Counted from the stretch's first letter, positions 1 through 12,889 are shown. The stretch is DNA of 64,000 nucleotides from Hemiscyllium ocellatum (GCF_020745735.1 NC_083435.1:15933231-15997230), one strand, 5' to 3'. Notes: generated from the letters alone by a model not told the origin. Made by a program: numbers and translations.

Positions 1-240
1 CATCAAAATTGCCTTTTCCCCAGCAATAACTCTGCCCTGTGATAATACCTATCCCTTTTCATCCCTAAATTAAACTTAACCAAATTGTGGTCACTATCAC
101 CAAAGTGCTCATGTACCTCTAAATAAAGCACCTGGTCAGGTTTGTTACCCAATACCAAATCCAATGTGGCCTCGTCCCTTGTTGGCTTGTCTACATACTG
201 TATCAGAAAACAATTGGACAAAAACTGACCATCTAAAGAA
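1..240 (-). mobile_element. CR1 LINE fragment (APE endonuclease C-terminus)
   Basis: ORF 3..221 contains PTRDEATLDLVLGN...FGDSDHN, the CR1 endonuclease motif; similar to the protein at 23386-25002. Confidence 0.85.
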
Positions 241-427
241 CTCTAAAGCCCCTCGTTCAATGTTTTATATTTGGTTTAGTCTGTTGGGTTTTTTTTGTAC
301 ATGTTAGAATGTTAGATACAGTAATTTCAGCTTTTTTTTTAGGTTTTTTGAATCTATTTTGTCTATACTCAGCAGTTGATAAGTCGAATTCTTCCTTTTT
401 GGAGACTTAATTATGTTAAAAAGGGTC

Positions 428-3400
428 ATGGCTAATTGTGTCCTCAAGTGGTGTACCTGGAATGAGAGAGGAATCCATTTGCCAGTTAAACAGAAAAAGG
501 TGCTTTCTAATCTTTGAAAGGAGAGGCTGAATATTGCCATTTTGCAGGAGACTCATCTCAATGATAAAGAACATTTGAAATTACAACAGGGTGGGTTTGC
601 TGGGGGAGAGGGGTACTTCTCTTCCTTCATATTAGGAGCAGGGGAGAGCCATATCATGAGGAAGCATCTTCAAGTTAAGTTGTGAGAACAGATTAAAGAT
701 GAGCATGGGCAGTTTATCATTCTTAAGGCCTCAATACACAGAGAAGACAATGATATTTTGAATGTTCATTGGCCCTCAGCACACCCTCCTAAATTTTTGA
801 TTGATGCATTCTCCAAATTATGATATGAGAAAACTTTAATTGCCTCATGGATCCCACGGTGGATAGAATGCCAAAGACCCCTTAACACATTCTTCACAAT
901 CTAAACAATGAGTGGATTTATGTGTGGAATTGGGATTGATGGATGTCTGCAGGAGTCTCTGCCACATGGGTAGGAACTTTACATTATTTTCTAATCTGCA
1001 CAGGTGGCATACCAGGATTGATCTTTTCCTAACCCCTGGATTATCCTTGGATTCAGTAATATCCTGTATAATTGGAAATATCACTATGCTGCAGTATATT
1101 TAGAGACTGAGATTAAGGTCAATGTTGCGGGCTCTCAGCACTGGCGAATGGATCCCTGTATTCATGGCACAGTAAATTCATTGAAAATTTCCTCAATGAA
1201 TTTAAGGTATTTTTATCCATCAATTCAGATATGACCAGTATCCCACCTACTCTTTGGGAGATGGCTCAGGATTATGTCAGGGGATTAATCATTTCTTACT
1301 CTGCCAGTCAGAAATGACAGAAGGGGAAGCAACAACTCCTGCTTAAGGCACAGTAAAAACCACTGAGAAGGCACATTCTGATAAGCCATCAGTGGTTAAG
1401 CTGCAGTGGGTTATGCCTTTTTGGTCCATCTTGAATTCTATACTTGCACGCACAGCAAGGAAAGAACTTTCCTTTGTGAGGCAAAGACTATTTGAACATG
1501 GTGACAAGCCAGGCAGTTATCTAGCATATCTTACCAGGAGAAAGAATGCCCCCAAATCCATAACCTCAATGAGGGATGGGACTGGGATGGTCACTTATGA
1601 CTCTAAAATGATCAATACAGCATTGTTGAAATTCTATTTTGAACTAAAATAGTCTGAGCATGTGAGGGTGGATGGGCTAAAATTGCATCTTTCTTTCAGA
1701 ACTTGGATCTTCCAAGTGTTACTTCTGAACAGGCGTTTTTCCTTGGTGTCCCTTCAACAGTACAAGAGGTACAACAGGGTGTGAAATAGATGCAGAGGGG
1801 GAAGGCACCTTGCCCTGACGGCCTCCACAGTGAGTTTTTCAAAGAATTTATAAATAGACTGTCGGGACCAATGTTAGACATATAGTTATTCATACAGCCA
1901 CGACCATCTCCCACCTTCCCTGAGAGAGGCTAACATCTCTCTCATTCAGAAGGAAGGGAATATTTCAGAGGAATGTGCCTTCTATCGTCCCATCTCACTT
2001 CTGAATTCTGAATTTAAAATTCTGTCTGAAGCTCTTGCATTAAGATTGCAAACTGTGCTGCTTTCCATTGTTAAGGATGACCAGACTGGTTTTATAAAAG
2101 GCCATAGATCCTCTAATAATGTCAAGAGGATGCTGAACATGATTCAAGCTTGTTTGCAGCATTCAGTTCAGGGATTAGTGGTCTCTTTAGATACAGAAAA
2201 GTCACTTGATTGGGTCAAGTGGCCTTCTCTTTTTTACACCTTTGAATTGGGAGAGGTTTGTATTTGTGGGTGAAGGTCCTTTTTACTCATCCTCTGGCGG
2301 CAGTTCTCATCAATGGTGTGAGATCTAATAATTTTAATATTTGTCGGGACTGTCAGCAAGGTTGCCTTCTCTCACTTTTCATATTGGTGATTCAGCCACT
2401 GGCAGAGGCGGTCCATCGGGATCAGAATATCGCTGCCCTGAAAGTAGAATCTAAATCGCATAAGATCTCATTATACACAGATGATGTTTTTGTTTTTTTC
2501 TGTTGAATCCAGTGGTCTCTGTATCTCATCTCATACAATATATCAACTCAGTACCTGCTTTTTGGGTTATGAGATTAATTTGTCTAACCTGAAGGCTATG
2601 TCTATGAGGGGGCCAGGGTGGTCTTATGAGAACATCTGAGGTGGAGGGTGAATCACGGTTCCCCTTCAAATGGTCACAGGGGTTTTCTTTATTTAGGCAT
2701 TTTTGTTATTTTTGTTTTTGATCAGTTGCTCAAGGCTACTTTTGCCCATTTGCTGACAGGATTAAGCAAGATCTTCAGCGATGGGTGGTGTTTCCAATAT
2801 CTTGACTCGGCTGGGTAGCTCTTATCAAAATGAATGTCCTCCCCCTTTTGTTATACCCTATATAAACACTCCCCTTCATTTTGCCGAGTGAAACATTTCA
2901 GAGACTTCATGGATGGTTAGACTCCTCTGTTTGGTGCTGCAGGTGACCTCTTAACAAGCTGTCTAAATGACAGTTGCTTCATGGGTTTGAGGGGATGTGG
3001 ATTTCCCAGATACTAAAAGATACCAATTAAGTTCCCTTCTATCTTTTATCAGTAACTGGGCTTGTAAAGACTAGGTGTCATTATGGCTAGACATTGAATC
3101 CTCCCAGCCAAAATGTCCCCTCATTATCCTGTATTCTTTGACTAAATGAAGACGGTCACAGGATATTGCCATAATCCAATAATTGCTGAAAATGTGTTGC
3201 TGGAAAAGCGCAGCAGGTCAGGCAGCATCCACGGAACAGGAAATTCAACATTTCGGGCATAAGAACTTCATCAGGGCTTATGCCCGAAACGTCGAATTTC
3301 CTGTTCCTTGGATGCTGCCTGGCCTGCTGCGCTTTTCCAGCAACACATTTTCAGCTCTGATCTCCAGCATGTGCAGACCTCACTTTCTCCTTGAAGATAA

Positions 3401-4720
3401 TCCAATAATTATCAATACTGTGAAGGCATAGAGGGCAATGCAGCAGAGGGAGGTTAATATGTCTAAAACGTCCTTTCTTACCCCTATAGCTAATATGCCA
3501 GGTTTTCAGCCGAGGATAATGGGCATCAGATTTAAGCTCTGGGCAGGTCGGGGAATCTCCTGTCTGGGTGATTTATTTGAAGGTGAAATGATGATGTCCT
3601 TTGACCAGATAATTCATAAATATGGCCTGGCTAGTAAAGACCTTTTTCACTTTTTTTCAGGTCAGGGATTTTATTCAAACAGGGACATTGCTTTTCACAA
3701 ACCCTTGCAGATCTGTTATGGAGAAGAGGGTGCTTCAAGCTAAAAGTATTCTCTCTATTGCTACTCTTCATCATATGTTAGGGGTTGATCTTTCAGCAGA
3801 TGTTGAGTGGCACTGTGTGGTCTGGGAGAAAGAACTCGGGTTGAGATCTCTATGGAGGCATGAGGGACATTTATAGGAATGAGAGGAAGATTTCACTTTG
3901 TAATAGGACCCATGCCATGCATCAGTCCATCTGGCCCCAGACAGTCTCTCAGAATTAGAGGTGGGAGTATCTTCCATATGTTCTCAATGTAAAATAAGCA
4001 TCAGTACTCTCACTCATTGTCTGTGGTCTTGCAATAGCCTCCACACATACTGGAGTGCTGTGGCAGGAGTTATAGAGCAATTCTTGGGCTCCAAGTTTAA
4101 GAGACACTTTTCTCCTGGGCCTACTCAATATTATCTTCTCTGGACAAACATAAGAAAAAAAACTTTATAATATTGTCACTTCTTGTGCAAGGAAAAATAT
4201 TCTAAAGTGTTGGACTTTTGAAACCCCTGCCGAGTCTGTCGGGTTGGCATAGGCTTATTATTGGAACATATTCCTCTGACCTTTCTTCTGAATATGGTAC
4301 ACCTGTAAACTGAAAGTTTTTATAGGTTATGGCAGCTCTTTCTGGACTATTTGGATGTAGATTTATCTACCATTTTAATCAGGGTTTTGTGTCGCTGTGA
4401 TGGTCTGATCCAGTGCACTTGATATCCTTGAAGAATTTTGAATAAAATTGTGTGTAAAACTTTGTGCTCTCAGAGGTTGGGAGTTAATGTTTTACTGTGC
4501 TGAGGCATTCTATTTATGTATTTATTTATTACCTTTACTGATTTGCCTATTTTGCACATGAGTATAGTTGTGTTTTGTTTGTTTTTTTTCTCTCTTTCGC
4601 TGTTATATTCATATAGAGTAATGTTACTTTCCTCTTGTTGGTTTGTTAGTGTTGTAATCTTGCTGTAATTTTGTAATTTCATAAAAATTCTTCCTTTCAA
4701 TCAAAACATCTATGTAAAAC
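428..4720 (+). mobile_element. Decayed L1-clade LINE ORF2 (EN-RT-Cys-rich) plus 3' UTR
   Basis: ATG at 428 gives CTWNERGI...AILQETHL (EN); RIDLF; DQTGFIKGH; SLDTEKSLDWV; SLYTDDV (RT YxDD); CSQC...THCLWSC (Cys-rich C-terminus); many stops and frameshifts; T-rich 3' UTR. Confidence 0.9.
3185..3396. mobile_element. Fold-back PLE-end mini-element with hammerhead motifs, inserted in the L1
   Basis: Exact 14-bp TSD ATAATCCAATAATT (3171-3184 and 3397-3410); about 80-bp inverted arms; - strand CCTGATGAAG...GCCCGAAATGTT and truncated + strand GGGCTTATGCCCGAAACGTCGAAT. Confidence 0.85.
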
Positions 4721-4819
4721 AATATTACAGTAGTATGAAAAATGCTAGAATCAATGAAAAGGATGGAACAGGCACTTGGGATGACAACGATCTATTTGGA
4801 AACTGCATGATTTATGAAT

Positions 4820-5490
4820 GGAAAATCAATTTTTATGAAGCTGTGGATTTTATTTTGAACATGTTATGAATGAAATTGATAAAAGAGAGAGCAGATGGAA
4901 ACAATATCCTAATATTTCTTGAAGGCTTTTGTCAAAATTCACCAAACTTCAGTAAAATAAAAGCATATTGAACAGGAGGCAATATATTGAGGTGCATTCA
5001 GAATTGCTTGACAGACAGAGTAGGAATAAACAGGGCTTTCTCACATTGTCAGGCTGTGACTAGTGGGGTACACACAGATTAATAATTGGACCCCATCAAT
5101 TCACAACATTTATCAGTTATTTCGAGGGGAGTATCAAGCATAATATTTCAAAAGTTGTGATCGATGCAACGCAGTGTGAGAATTTTTGTTGGAGCATGGT
5201 GAAAGACAGGATTAGGAGGATTGGAACAGGATTATTGAATTGACAAAAAAGCATGGAGTGATGGAATATAACATGATAAATTGTGAAGTTATCCCTTTGG
5301 TGGTGAAAGACATGAACAGATTGGTTTTAATTGGTAAGAATTTGGAATGCCTAGATGTATAAAGTGATGTAGTCTGTGTTAATAAGTCACTGAAGTCTAA
5401 CTTGCAAACTCAGCAGAGTGCTTGATCGATTAATAGAATGTTAGCCCTTGTTGCAAGAGTTGTTGAGTACAAAAATACAACACAATATTC
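4820..5490 (+). mobile_element. Decayed CR1 RT fragment, resuming at about 7065-7240 after the PLE insertion
   Basis: Resembles CR1 RT DNA elsewhere in the window (gaaggcttttg, gtgactagtggggtac, tgtgaagttatccctttgg). Confidence 0.65.
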
Positions 5491-5494
5491 CCAT

Positions 5495-7065
5495 AGATAG
5501 AGACAGTCTTGTGTCCTGCTTGGTGGGGTTGATAAAGCATGGCGCTGGAAAAAGCACAACAGGTCAGGTAGTATCTAGGAGCAGCGTCAATGTTTCGGGC
5601 ATAGCCCTTCTTCAGGCACGTGGAGGGTGAAGTGGGCTGAGAAATAAATCGGTGAGTGGGACTGGAGAAAGGTTGTGGGATGGTGATAGGTGGGCAAAGT
5701 TAGGAGGTGATGATGATTGGTCAGTGGGAAGTGTGGAGCAGGCAGGTGGGTAGATAGATGGACAAGTAAATCAGGTCAAAAGGGTGGAGCTGAGTTGCAG
5801 GGTAGGATCTAGGATGGGGTGGGGGAGAGGAGATGTATAAACGCATGAATTCAATGTTGAGACTATGGTTGTAGGCTCCTGAGATAGAAAATGAGGTGTT
5901 CCTCCTTCAGTTGTGGGTGGCCTTGTGTAGACGGTGGAGGAGGCTCAGAGTGGACATGTCATCGGGAGAGTGGAGGGGGAGTTGAAGTGGATGGCCACAG
6001 GAAGGTGGGATTGGTTGGAGCGTATGGACCAGAAATTTCCCTGGACTGTTCTGTGAGATTGAGCTCAGTATACGCAATGTTGGAAGAGATCACATCGAGA
6101 GCAACATTGTAACAAACTAAGTTCAAGGATATACAAGTGAATCTCTGCCAGATTTAGAACTGACATTCGGGGCCTTGGATGGAGGTAGGGGGATGGGTTG
6201 GTGAGCGGTGTGGGCACAGGTTTTGCACACTTTCAGTGGTAAGGAATAGTTCCAAGTTGAGAGAGGGGCTTGGTTTGGATTGTAGGCCTAACAAGGGAGT
6301 TGTGGAGGGAATGGTCCCTACGGAATACAGATAGGAATGGGGAGGGAAATACATTGTTGCTGGTGGGATTTGACAGCAGGTGCAAAACTGGCGGAGTCTG
6401 ACACACTGGATTGTGGAATGTGAGAACCAGGTATCAGTGTTGAGTTGGTCACCGGAGATGGACAGGTGCAGGAAGGGAAGGTAGGGGTCAGAGATGGTCC
6501 AGGAGAATTTGAGGTCAGGGTGGAAGGTGAATGAACTGTTCAAGACCCTAGTGAGAGAATAGAGACAGTCTTGTATCCTGGTTGGTGGAGCTGGTGCTGG
6601 AAAAAGCACAACATGTCAGGCAGCATCTGAGAAACAATAGAGTCAACATTGATGTTGTCATTGATGTTGAGGAGGAAAAGGTGTGGGATGGTACCAGTGT
6701 ACCTATGGATGAGGAACTGTTCTATTACCCTACTTTTATATCCTCAAACTTCATTTACTGCAACCATTGCTCTCAAAGTAGTCTGCTCTACACCAGAGAG
6801 ACCGAGTGCAAACTCATGGAACAGTTTGTCTCTGGTCCTTAGACACCAACCAACCCCACCTTCCTGTGGCCATCCACTTCAATTCCCCCTCCCACTCTCC
6901 TGATGACATGTCCATTTTGGGCCTCCTCCACCACTGACATAATGCCACCCAAACACTGGAGGACAATCACCTCACCTTTGGCCCCTGGACCCAAAAACCA
7001 CATGGCCTCAACAATGAAATCACCAGTTTCCAAATCACCCATCCCCCTACCCCATCCCAGATCCA
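5495..7065 (-). mobile_element. Decayed Neptune-type Penelope-like element, partially tandem and inverted
   Basis: ORF 6154..6609 has FHPDLKFSWTISDPYLPFLHLSISGD, homologous to ORF 26374; 3'-end block repeated at 5495-5600 and 6575-6655; - strand hammerhead-like CTGAAGAAGGGCTATGCCCGAAACATT at about 5586-5616; + strand GIY-YIG piece at 6735-7060. Confidence 0.8.
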
Positions 7066-7662
7066 GACCACAGCTGGGTTACATGAATAGTCTTGGGCTC
7101 CTTATCTAAGGTAAGGTTTACTGGCATTGAAGACAGTACAGAGAAGCTTCATTTTGCTGTTACCATGTTTGGAAGGACTGTCTTGAAAGAGGGGTTGAGT
7201 GATTGAGCCTCTGATCATTGGAATATAGAAGAATGAATTCCCTGTAAGCTGCTCATGTGCAAGGCCACACTTAGGATTTCAGAACCTACCCACGCAGCAA
7301 TGTCATCTGTTTGGACAGTCAATGAAAGGAGTGCCCTCGAGCTCTATGCCGATTATGTCCAACAGCCGTACGAACAACCCTGGAGTACCAGATGCCTCCA
7401 CAAACCAGAACAAAGTCCACGCCTTTGGAGTTCACTCCTTAGCCATGCAATCACTTTGAGCTCCAGCCAAGTTGTAATCACCGGTGTTCATTGAAGCAGA
7501 CTCTGGAAAAAGGAAGGAGTCAGGTCACATCATCCTCACTTGGGGAGTCAAGTCACAAGCTGTAGGAATAGGGATTGGGAATCCTGGGGAGTTTACAGTA
7601 TTGAGCTGAAAATGTGTTGCTGGAAAAGCGCAGCAGGTCAGGCAGAATCCAAGGAACAGGAG

Positions 7663-7697
7663 ATTCGACGTTTCGAGCATAAGCCCTTCTTCAGGAA
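7663..7697 (-). ncRNA. Minimal type-I hammerhead ribozyme
   Basis: - strand TTC-CTGAAGA-A-GGGC-TTAT-GCTC-GAAA-CG-TC-GAAT: complete core, stems I and II pair. Confidence 0.8.
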
Positions 7698-7703
7698 GGG
7701 CTT

Positions 7704-7739
7704 ATTCCTGAAGAAGGGCTTATGCCCGAAACGTCAAAT
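7704..7739 (+). ncRNA. Minimal type-I hammerhead ribozyme (stem I mismatch)
   Basis: ATTC-CTGAAGA-A-GGGC-TTAT-GCCC-GAAA-CG-TC-AAAT. Confidence 0.75.
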
Positions 7740-8135
7740 CTCCTGTTCCTTGGATGCTGCCTGACCTGCTGCGCTTTTCCAGCAACACATTTTCAGCCCT
7801 GATCTCCAGCATCGGCAGTCCTCACTTTCCCCTCAAAGAGTTTGCAGTATTGTCTTCTTCCTCCTTAAAAATAGTGAGGCAACTTCAACCTGGATGTGAT
7901 GCATGAACTTGCCCAGATGTCCCAAAATACTGAAGTGGTCAAATCACTATGAACACAAGCTGGTACTAATATAAACAATCCCAACTTTACTAGGCAACAA
8001 GTTAAAATAAACTTTAATAGTAACATTCTGTTTCCAATCCTATTTGACCCCTTAAGCTTACAATATTACCCAAGTCTCTTGTGGATTGACACAATTGCTT
8101 GCTCTCTGGCTCTGTCTTTGGGTCTGTAATGCTGT

Positions 8136-8167
<32 letters not shown>

Positions 8168-8169
8168 TC
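8136..8169. repeat. (CT)n microsatellite
   Basis: Directly visible. Confidence 0.9.
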
Positions 8170-8339
8170 GATGGTCAGATGGTCTCGGCCTCTTATTTTC
8201 TACTTTTATTTTCCATGATCTTTGAAATAAATGCCAACATCTCATTTGGCTTCTCTAACACCCACTGAAATCGATGCCAGTTTTCTGTGTTGGATGAATG
8301 AGGACTCCTAAATCCCACTGTTCAGTAGCTCTAAGGGGA

Positions 8340-8930
8340 CGGGGTACAGCAGAAGTTTACAAGCATGATTCTGGGATGAATGTCCTGCCATATGTGGACT
8401 CTGGTTCTTTAATCATTCGTGTAAAGAGTGATATGAGGGGGTCTGATTGAAACGTACATAATTCTGTGACGCCTCGATAGAGCTAACATCGAAATGATGT
8501 TTCCACCAGAGGGGAGAGACTCAGACATGAGGACATGAGTGAAGGGATGACCACTCAGAACTCAGATGAGGAGGTATGTATTTAGCCAAAGGGTGGTTAA
8601 TCTGTGGAACTCATTGCCACAGAAAGTTGTGGAGACCAAGTCATTGAGTAAATTTAAGACAGTGATTGACAGGTTCCTGATGAGTAGGGACATCAAGTGT
8701 TATGGGAGAAGGCAGGAGAGTGGAGAAGCAAGGAGAATGAATTCAGGAGTTGAGAAATATATCATCCACAATTGAATGGCATAGCAGACTTGATGAGCTG
8801 ATTGACCTGATTCTGCTCCTGGTCTGAAACTCCAGTCAACTCTGCCCTAATTTTTACTGAATGGCAGAACAGGGTCAAGGAGAAAATGGTCTGCTCCCAT
8901 TGCTGATTTGTATGTTTCTATGTTCATAAT
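8340..8930 (+). mobile_element. CR1 3' end fragment(s)
   Basis: MRRYVFSQRVVNLWNSLPQKVVE...FKTVIDRFL, the CR1 ORF2 C-terminus. Confidence 0.85.
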
Positions 8931-10559
8931 CAATTAACTCTTGAGGCTGGGCAGACCCTTAATTGAGCTGTACTCGAGGTTTGCCCAGCTTTGTGACACA
9001 TAGGCAGCCGAGCTGTTCCAACTGATTTGCATTTGATGTTTCTACACAACTGCATGACTGTGATTAAGGGTCGACACACAGAAATCGAATTGTTTAAGTA
9101 AAATAGATCAGTGCTGCAGCACATTGCATATTGTGTAAATAATTGACAAATTGTTCAACTTCAAGAGAATATTTGTCACACACACCTGTTATTTCTGTGG
9201 TTCCTCTTAAATCTTTTGTTGTCCCTCTCATTGAGTGGACCCAGTGCGGAGCGGTGGATAAAGATGTGGCAAGGCTGAGTAAATGACAATGGGGAGACAC
9301 CATCTGGTGCAATGCTAGATTGAGACAAACACATCAGCCTAAGGTCATCCTGTGGGAGAAGAGGAAGTCCCAGGCTTAACCCTCAGGTCTGCACTCACAG
9401 GCTTAGCCAAGGCTCCAGGTCCATGGCTAGGCCTGGGCACCAGATGGCTGAGGCAGTGACGGTGATGTGTGTGGATCTAGGCCAGGAGCCTGCAGCACCA
9501 GCAGTCGCTTCACAGGTGAGGTTGACCCAGCATGAAATCATGGCGGCAGCATTGGTAGAGGTGAGATGGCGCTGGAGTGTGGTAATTCATTGTTTCAGCA
9601 GTGACGGCGTGGTGTAGCATGGTTGCAGTCATGTCATCAGTTTAGCAGCAGGGGCTCGAGGCATCGGGGTGGAGGAGCTTATATCCAGGCTCATGTCTGA
9701 GCTAGAAGACCACCTCACTTTATTGAGATAAGTTTATGAGATGAATTTATTGTTTTATTTTTCTGGTTTTATATTCTGCACTTTGGTTTACTTTCTGTGT
9801 TTAAAGATGGCGCCATCATTGACAACATTAAATAACATTTTTCACTGCATTTGTCATTCATAGACTTGACAAGAAATCAAATCAAATGGTTGGCCTGTGT
9901 CATGTTTCTGATCCATTGGTCCCATCACGGTGTTTGAGTGCAATTGGCATGAAGTAATCTTAAATCTGGCATAAATCTGGACAAATTATCCTGTATTTTT
10001 GTTTTACTTACTTAATTCTTGCAGTCAGAATTTCCACTACAAAATTAAATGATTAAATTTCTGGATACGGTTAGCCTGGATTTCTGATCCGATAATCACA
10101 TTACAAGTTACTGCCACCATTTTGTTGAATGCAATAGCAATGTGCCTATGCAATGGTTGCATTGTAACTTGAATCTGAAGTGAAAATAGTAGTCTTATAT
10201 GCATCCTGTTGCTCATTTTGGATTGTATGACATTATTGATGTGTGAATAATCTTTTATTCCTGTTGTGTCCCAATTCTTTACTTGGCTTTTTCTCCCTTC
10301 TTTATTTGGCAAAACACCTTGCCCTTTATTTGCAGCTATCCTCTTTTGTTGCTGCTGAATGTTGAAATTTACCAAAGTGGGAATCATCAACATGAGTTAC
10401 AGCTGACCACTCTGAACAAACTCACTTCAGCGTTTGGGTTACATAGACATTTCTTGACTTTCTCTATGACTATTTAGCCAGTTAATTTCTGTTTTATTAA
10501 CTAAAATAATGTACGTGTTTAACTATTGTTTTTATTCATAAGAAAGTATTTAAGTATTC

Positions 10560-11155
10560 AAACTATTGAATTTAGGCACTGGGATGGCAGGTTGCAATTG
10601 TACAAAACATTGATGAGGCCACTTTTGGAGGACTGTGTATGGTTTTAGTCACCCTGCTTTTGGAAGGATATGACCACAGTGGAGAAGGTTTAGAAAAGGT
10701 TCACAAGTAAGTTGCCGAGACTGCAGGTTTTGAATTATTAGCAGAGGATGGATAGACTGGGACTTCTTTCACTGGAGCATTGGAGGTTGAGTTTCATAAT
10801 ATCACAAGGAGCACAGTTAAGGTGAATACCAAAAACGTCATCCTGTGGATATGGGAGTTTAAAACTAGAAGCAAATCTTTTAAGGTGAGAGGAGAAAGGT
10901 TTAAAAGGAGATTTTTCACACAGGAGGTGGTGCATATGTGCCAGTGGACTGCCAGAGTAAGTGACAGATGCAAGTACAATTAGAACATTTAGAAGATATT
11001 TAACAAGTGCATGAAGAGAACATGTTTACAGGTATACAGGGACCAAACACAGGCAAATGGGACTAGGTTAGTTTGGGAAACTTAGTTGACATGGATGAGT
11101 TGAACCAAAGGGGCTGTGTTCTTCGACTCAATGATTTGATGCCTCAATGACTCTA
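10560..11155 (+). mobile_element. CR1 3' end fragment
   Basis: Decayed RPLLEDCVWF / FKVRGERFKRRFFTQEVV segment followed by a CR1-like 3' UTR. Confidence 0.8.
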
Positions 11156-11722
11156 TTATTCTTTTGATTCTTGTCATCTTTTGTTCTTACACATTGATTC
11201 TTGTTCAGTTTTGCTGCAGCATTTTTGATTGACGACTCTGTGCCAAGCAGACCAAGTGATCAGGATACACTTCCCCAACCTCAAGTAAAATATAACACAG
11301 AAATTTGAAAAGGCTGCATGTACTTTATCATGCTATCAACAAAATGACATATCATATTTGTAAGTCAGGGGTTATTTTCACTGAAGTGGACAGTGATGAG
11401 AAAGAACATTAAACCAGAAATAAATTATTTTTGAACTCCACCAATATTCTGCAGAATAAATATTTTCATGGGGAGAAATATTATGTGTGGATGCCCTGAT
11501 CAATACAATGAGTTGCACATCACATCCAATACAGATAGTCAAATCAGTCTCACACCACATAAATGTTGGAAAGGCTAAAGTCCTGTTTACTATTTTAAAA
11601 GCATCATATGAATTTCCTTCTTTTCAATTTTATGACATAATATTGACCTTAATGTGACAATATTTACATGTTAACAATAAATAACAATTTATACATTTAT
11701 AATTATAAATAACAATATTCAT

Positions 11723-11857
11723 GGTGTTCCTGATGAAGGGCTTTTGCTGGAAACGTCGATTTTACTGCTCCTCGGATGCTGTCTGAACTGCTGTGCTTTT
11801 CCAGCACTACTCCAATCTAGACTCTGGTTTCCAGCATCTGCAGCCATTGCTTTTCCC
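11723..11857 (+). mobile_element. Solo hammerhead-bearing PLE-end mini-insertion
   Basis: Exact 13-bp TSD TAACAATATTCAT (11710-11722 and 11858-11870); begins almost at TTC-CTGATGA-A-GGGC-TTTT-GCTG-GAAA-CG-TC; body matches the PLE 3' end at 31354-31483. Confidence 0.85.
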
Positions 11858-12589
11858 TAACAATATTCATAGACCTGTGCAAATCTAGTCAACTTTGTCA
11901 GCGTTATTTTACCATGTAAGGACATTGCTTCAGCATGATGAGATTTCCAGTGAAGTGAAATTGACAGGTTTATCACAATTGCAGACATTAACACGAAAAT
12001 GATGGAAGCACTCACTGGGCCAGGTAGCACTTGCTCATTACCTGAGTCCAAACTGAAGAGAGCCAAATATGACAGCAGCAGCTGGTTTTCCTCTTCCCAT
12101 TCCATCCTACCAAAGGAAATTCAGAGTCTCCCTGCTGAAAACCATAACAATCAAGAATCCCTATCACTATGACGAAGGTGAGAATTTGGGAAGTTTGAAT
12201 GTTCACAGATGTTCATTCTTTTACTTGCTCAGAAGACATATGTATTGCCTGCTGGGCCATCCACGTTGCCCTTGAGAAGTTGATGAGCTCTCTTCTTGAA
12301 ACGCAGCAGTGCATGTGCTGTAGGTAGATTCACAATACCCTGAGGGAGGGAATTCTTGGGTTACCACTCAGCAACAGTGACAAGTTTCCAAGTCAGTTTG
12401 GTGAGTGATTTGGAGCTAATTTTCAGGTGATGGTGTTCCCATGTATCTGCTGCTTTGCCATTCTAAATGGAAGTGGTTGTGGGTTTGTAAGGTGCTGCCC
12501 AAGGCTTTTTGGTTAATTTCTGCAGTTCAGCTTGTCAATGGTACACACTGCTGTTACTGAGCATTGGTTGTGGAGGCAGCAGGGTATTT

Positions 12590-12889
12590 TTAGATTAGAT
12601 TACTTACAGTGTGGAAGCAGGCCCTTTGGCCCAACAAGTCCACACCGACCCACCGAAGCGCAACCCACCCATTCCCCTACATTTACCCCTTTACCTATCA
12701 ATACGGGCAATTTAGCATGGCCCATTCACCTGACCTGCACATCTTTGGACTGTGGGAGGAAACCGGAGCACACCCACGCAGGCACACGGGGAGAATGTGC
12801 AAACTCCACACAGTCAGCTGCCTGAGTCAGGAATTGAACCCAGGTCTCTGGCAGTGTGAGGCAGCAGTGCTAACCACTGTGCCACCGTG
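12590..12889 (-). mobile_element. HE1-type (V-SINE) tRNA-derived SINE
   Basis: tRNA-like head GGTGGCACAGTGGTTAGCACTGCTGCCTCAC...GGTTCAATTCC, conserved core, (TCTAA)n tail on - strand. Confidence 0.9.

Larger units (their letters stand above)
7603..7837. mobile_element. Fold-back mini-element carrying two opposite hammerhead ribozymes
   Basis: 14-bp TSD GAGTTT(A/G)CAGTATT (7589-7602 and 7838-7851); about 95-bp inverted arms; same family as 3185-3396. Confidence 0.9.

Noticed and set aside
3185-3396. Interpretation of the hairpin elements as DNA-transposon MITEs
   Set aside because: Arms are asymmetric (one extends as a tail), sequence matches PLE 3' ends in this window, and junctions differ between copies
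7255-7494. 79-aa ORF with YADYVQQPYEQPW, reminiscent of SH2-adaptor tyrosine motifs
   Set aside because: No convincing splice sites or further homology; too short to support
9290-9887. GC-richer segment ending in (AAATC)n, possibly a LINE or SINE 3' end
   Set aside because: Family could not be assigned from sequence alone
10037-10393. 118-aa - strand ORF in AT-rich unique sequence
   Set aside because: No recognisable motif or exon boundaries
12042-12105. Possible - strand leader-peptide exon (MEWEEENQLLLSYLALFSLDS, donor AG|GTAATG)
   Set aside because: Acidic N-region, and no downstream Ig or other exon recognised on that strand
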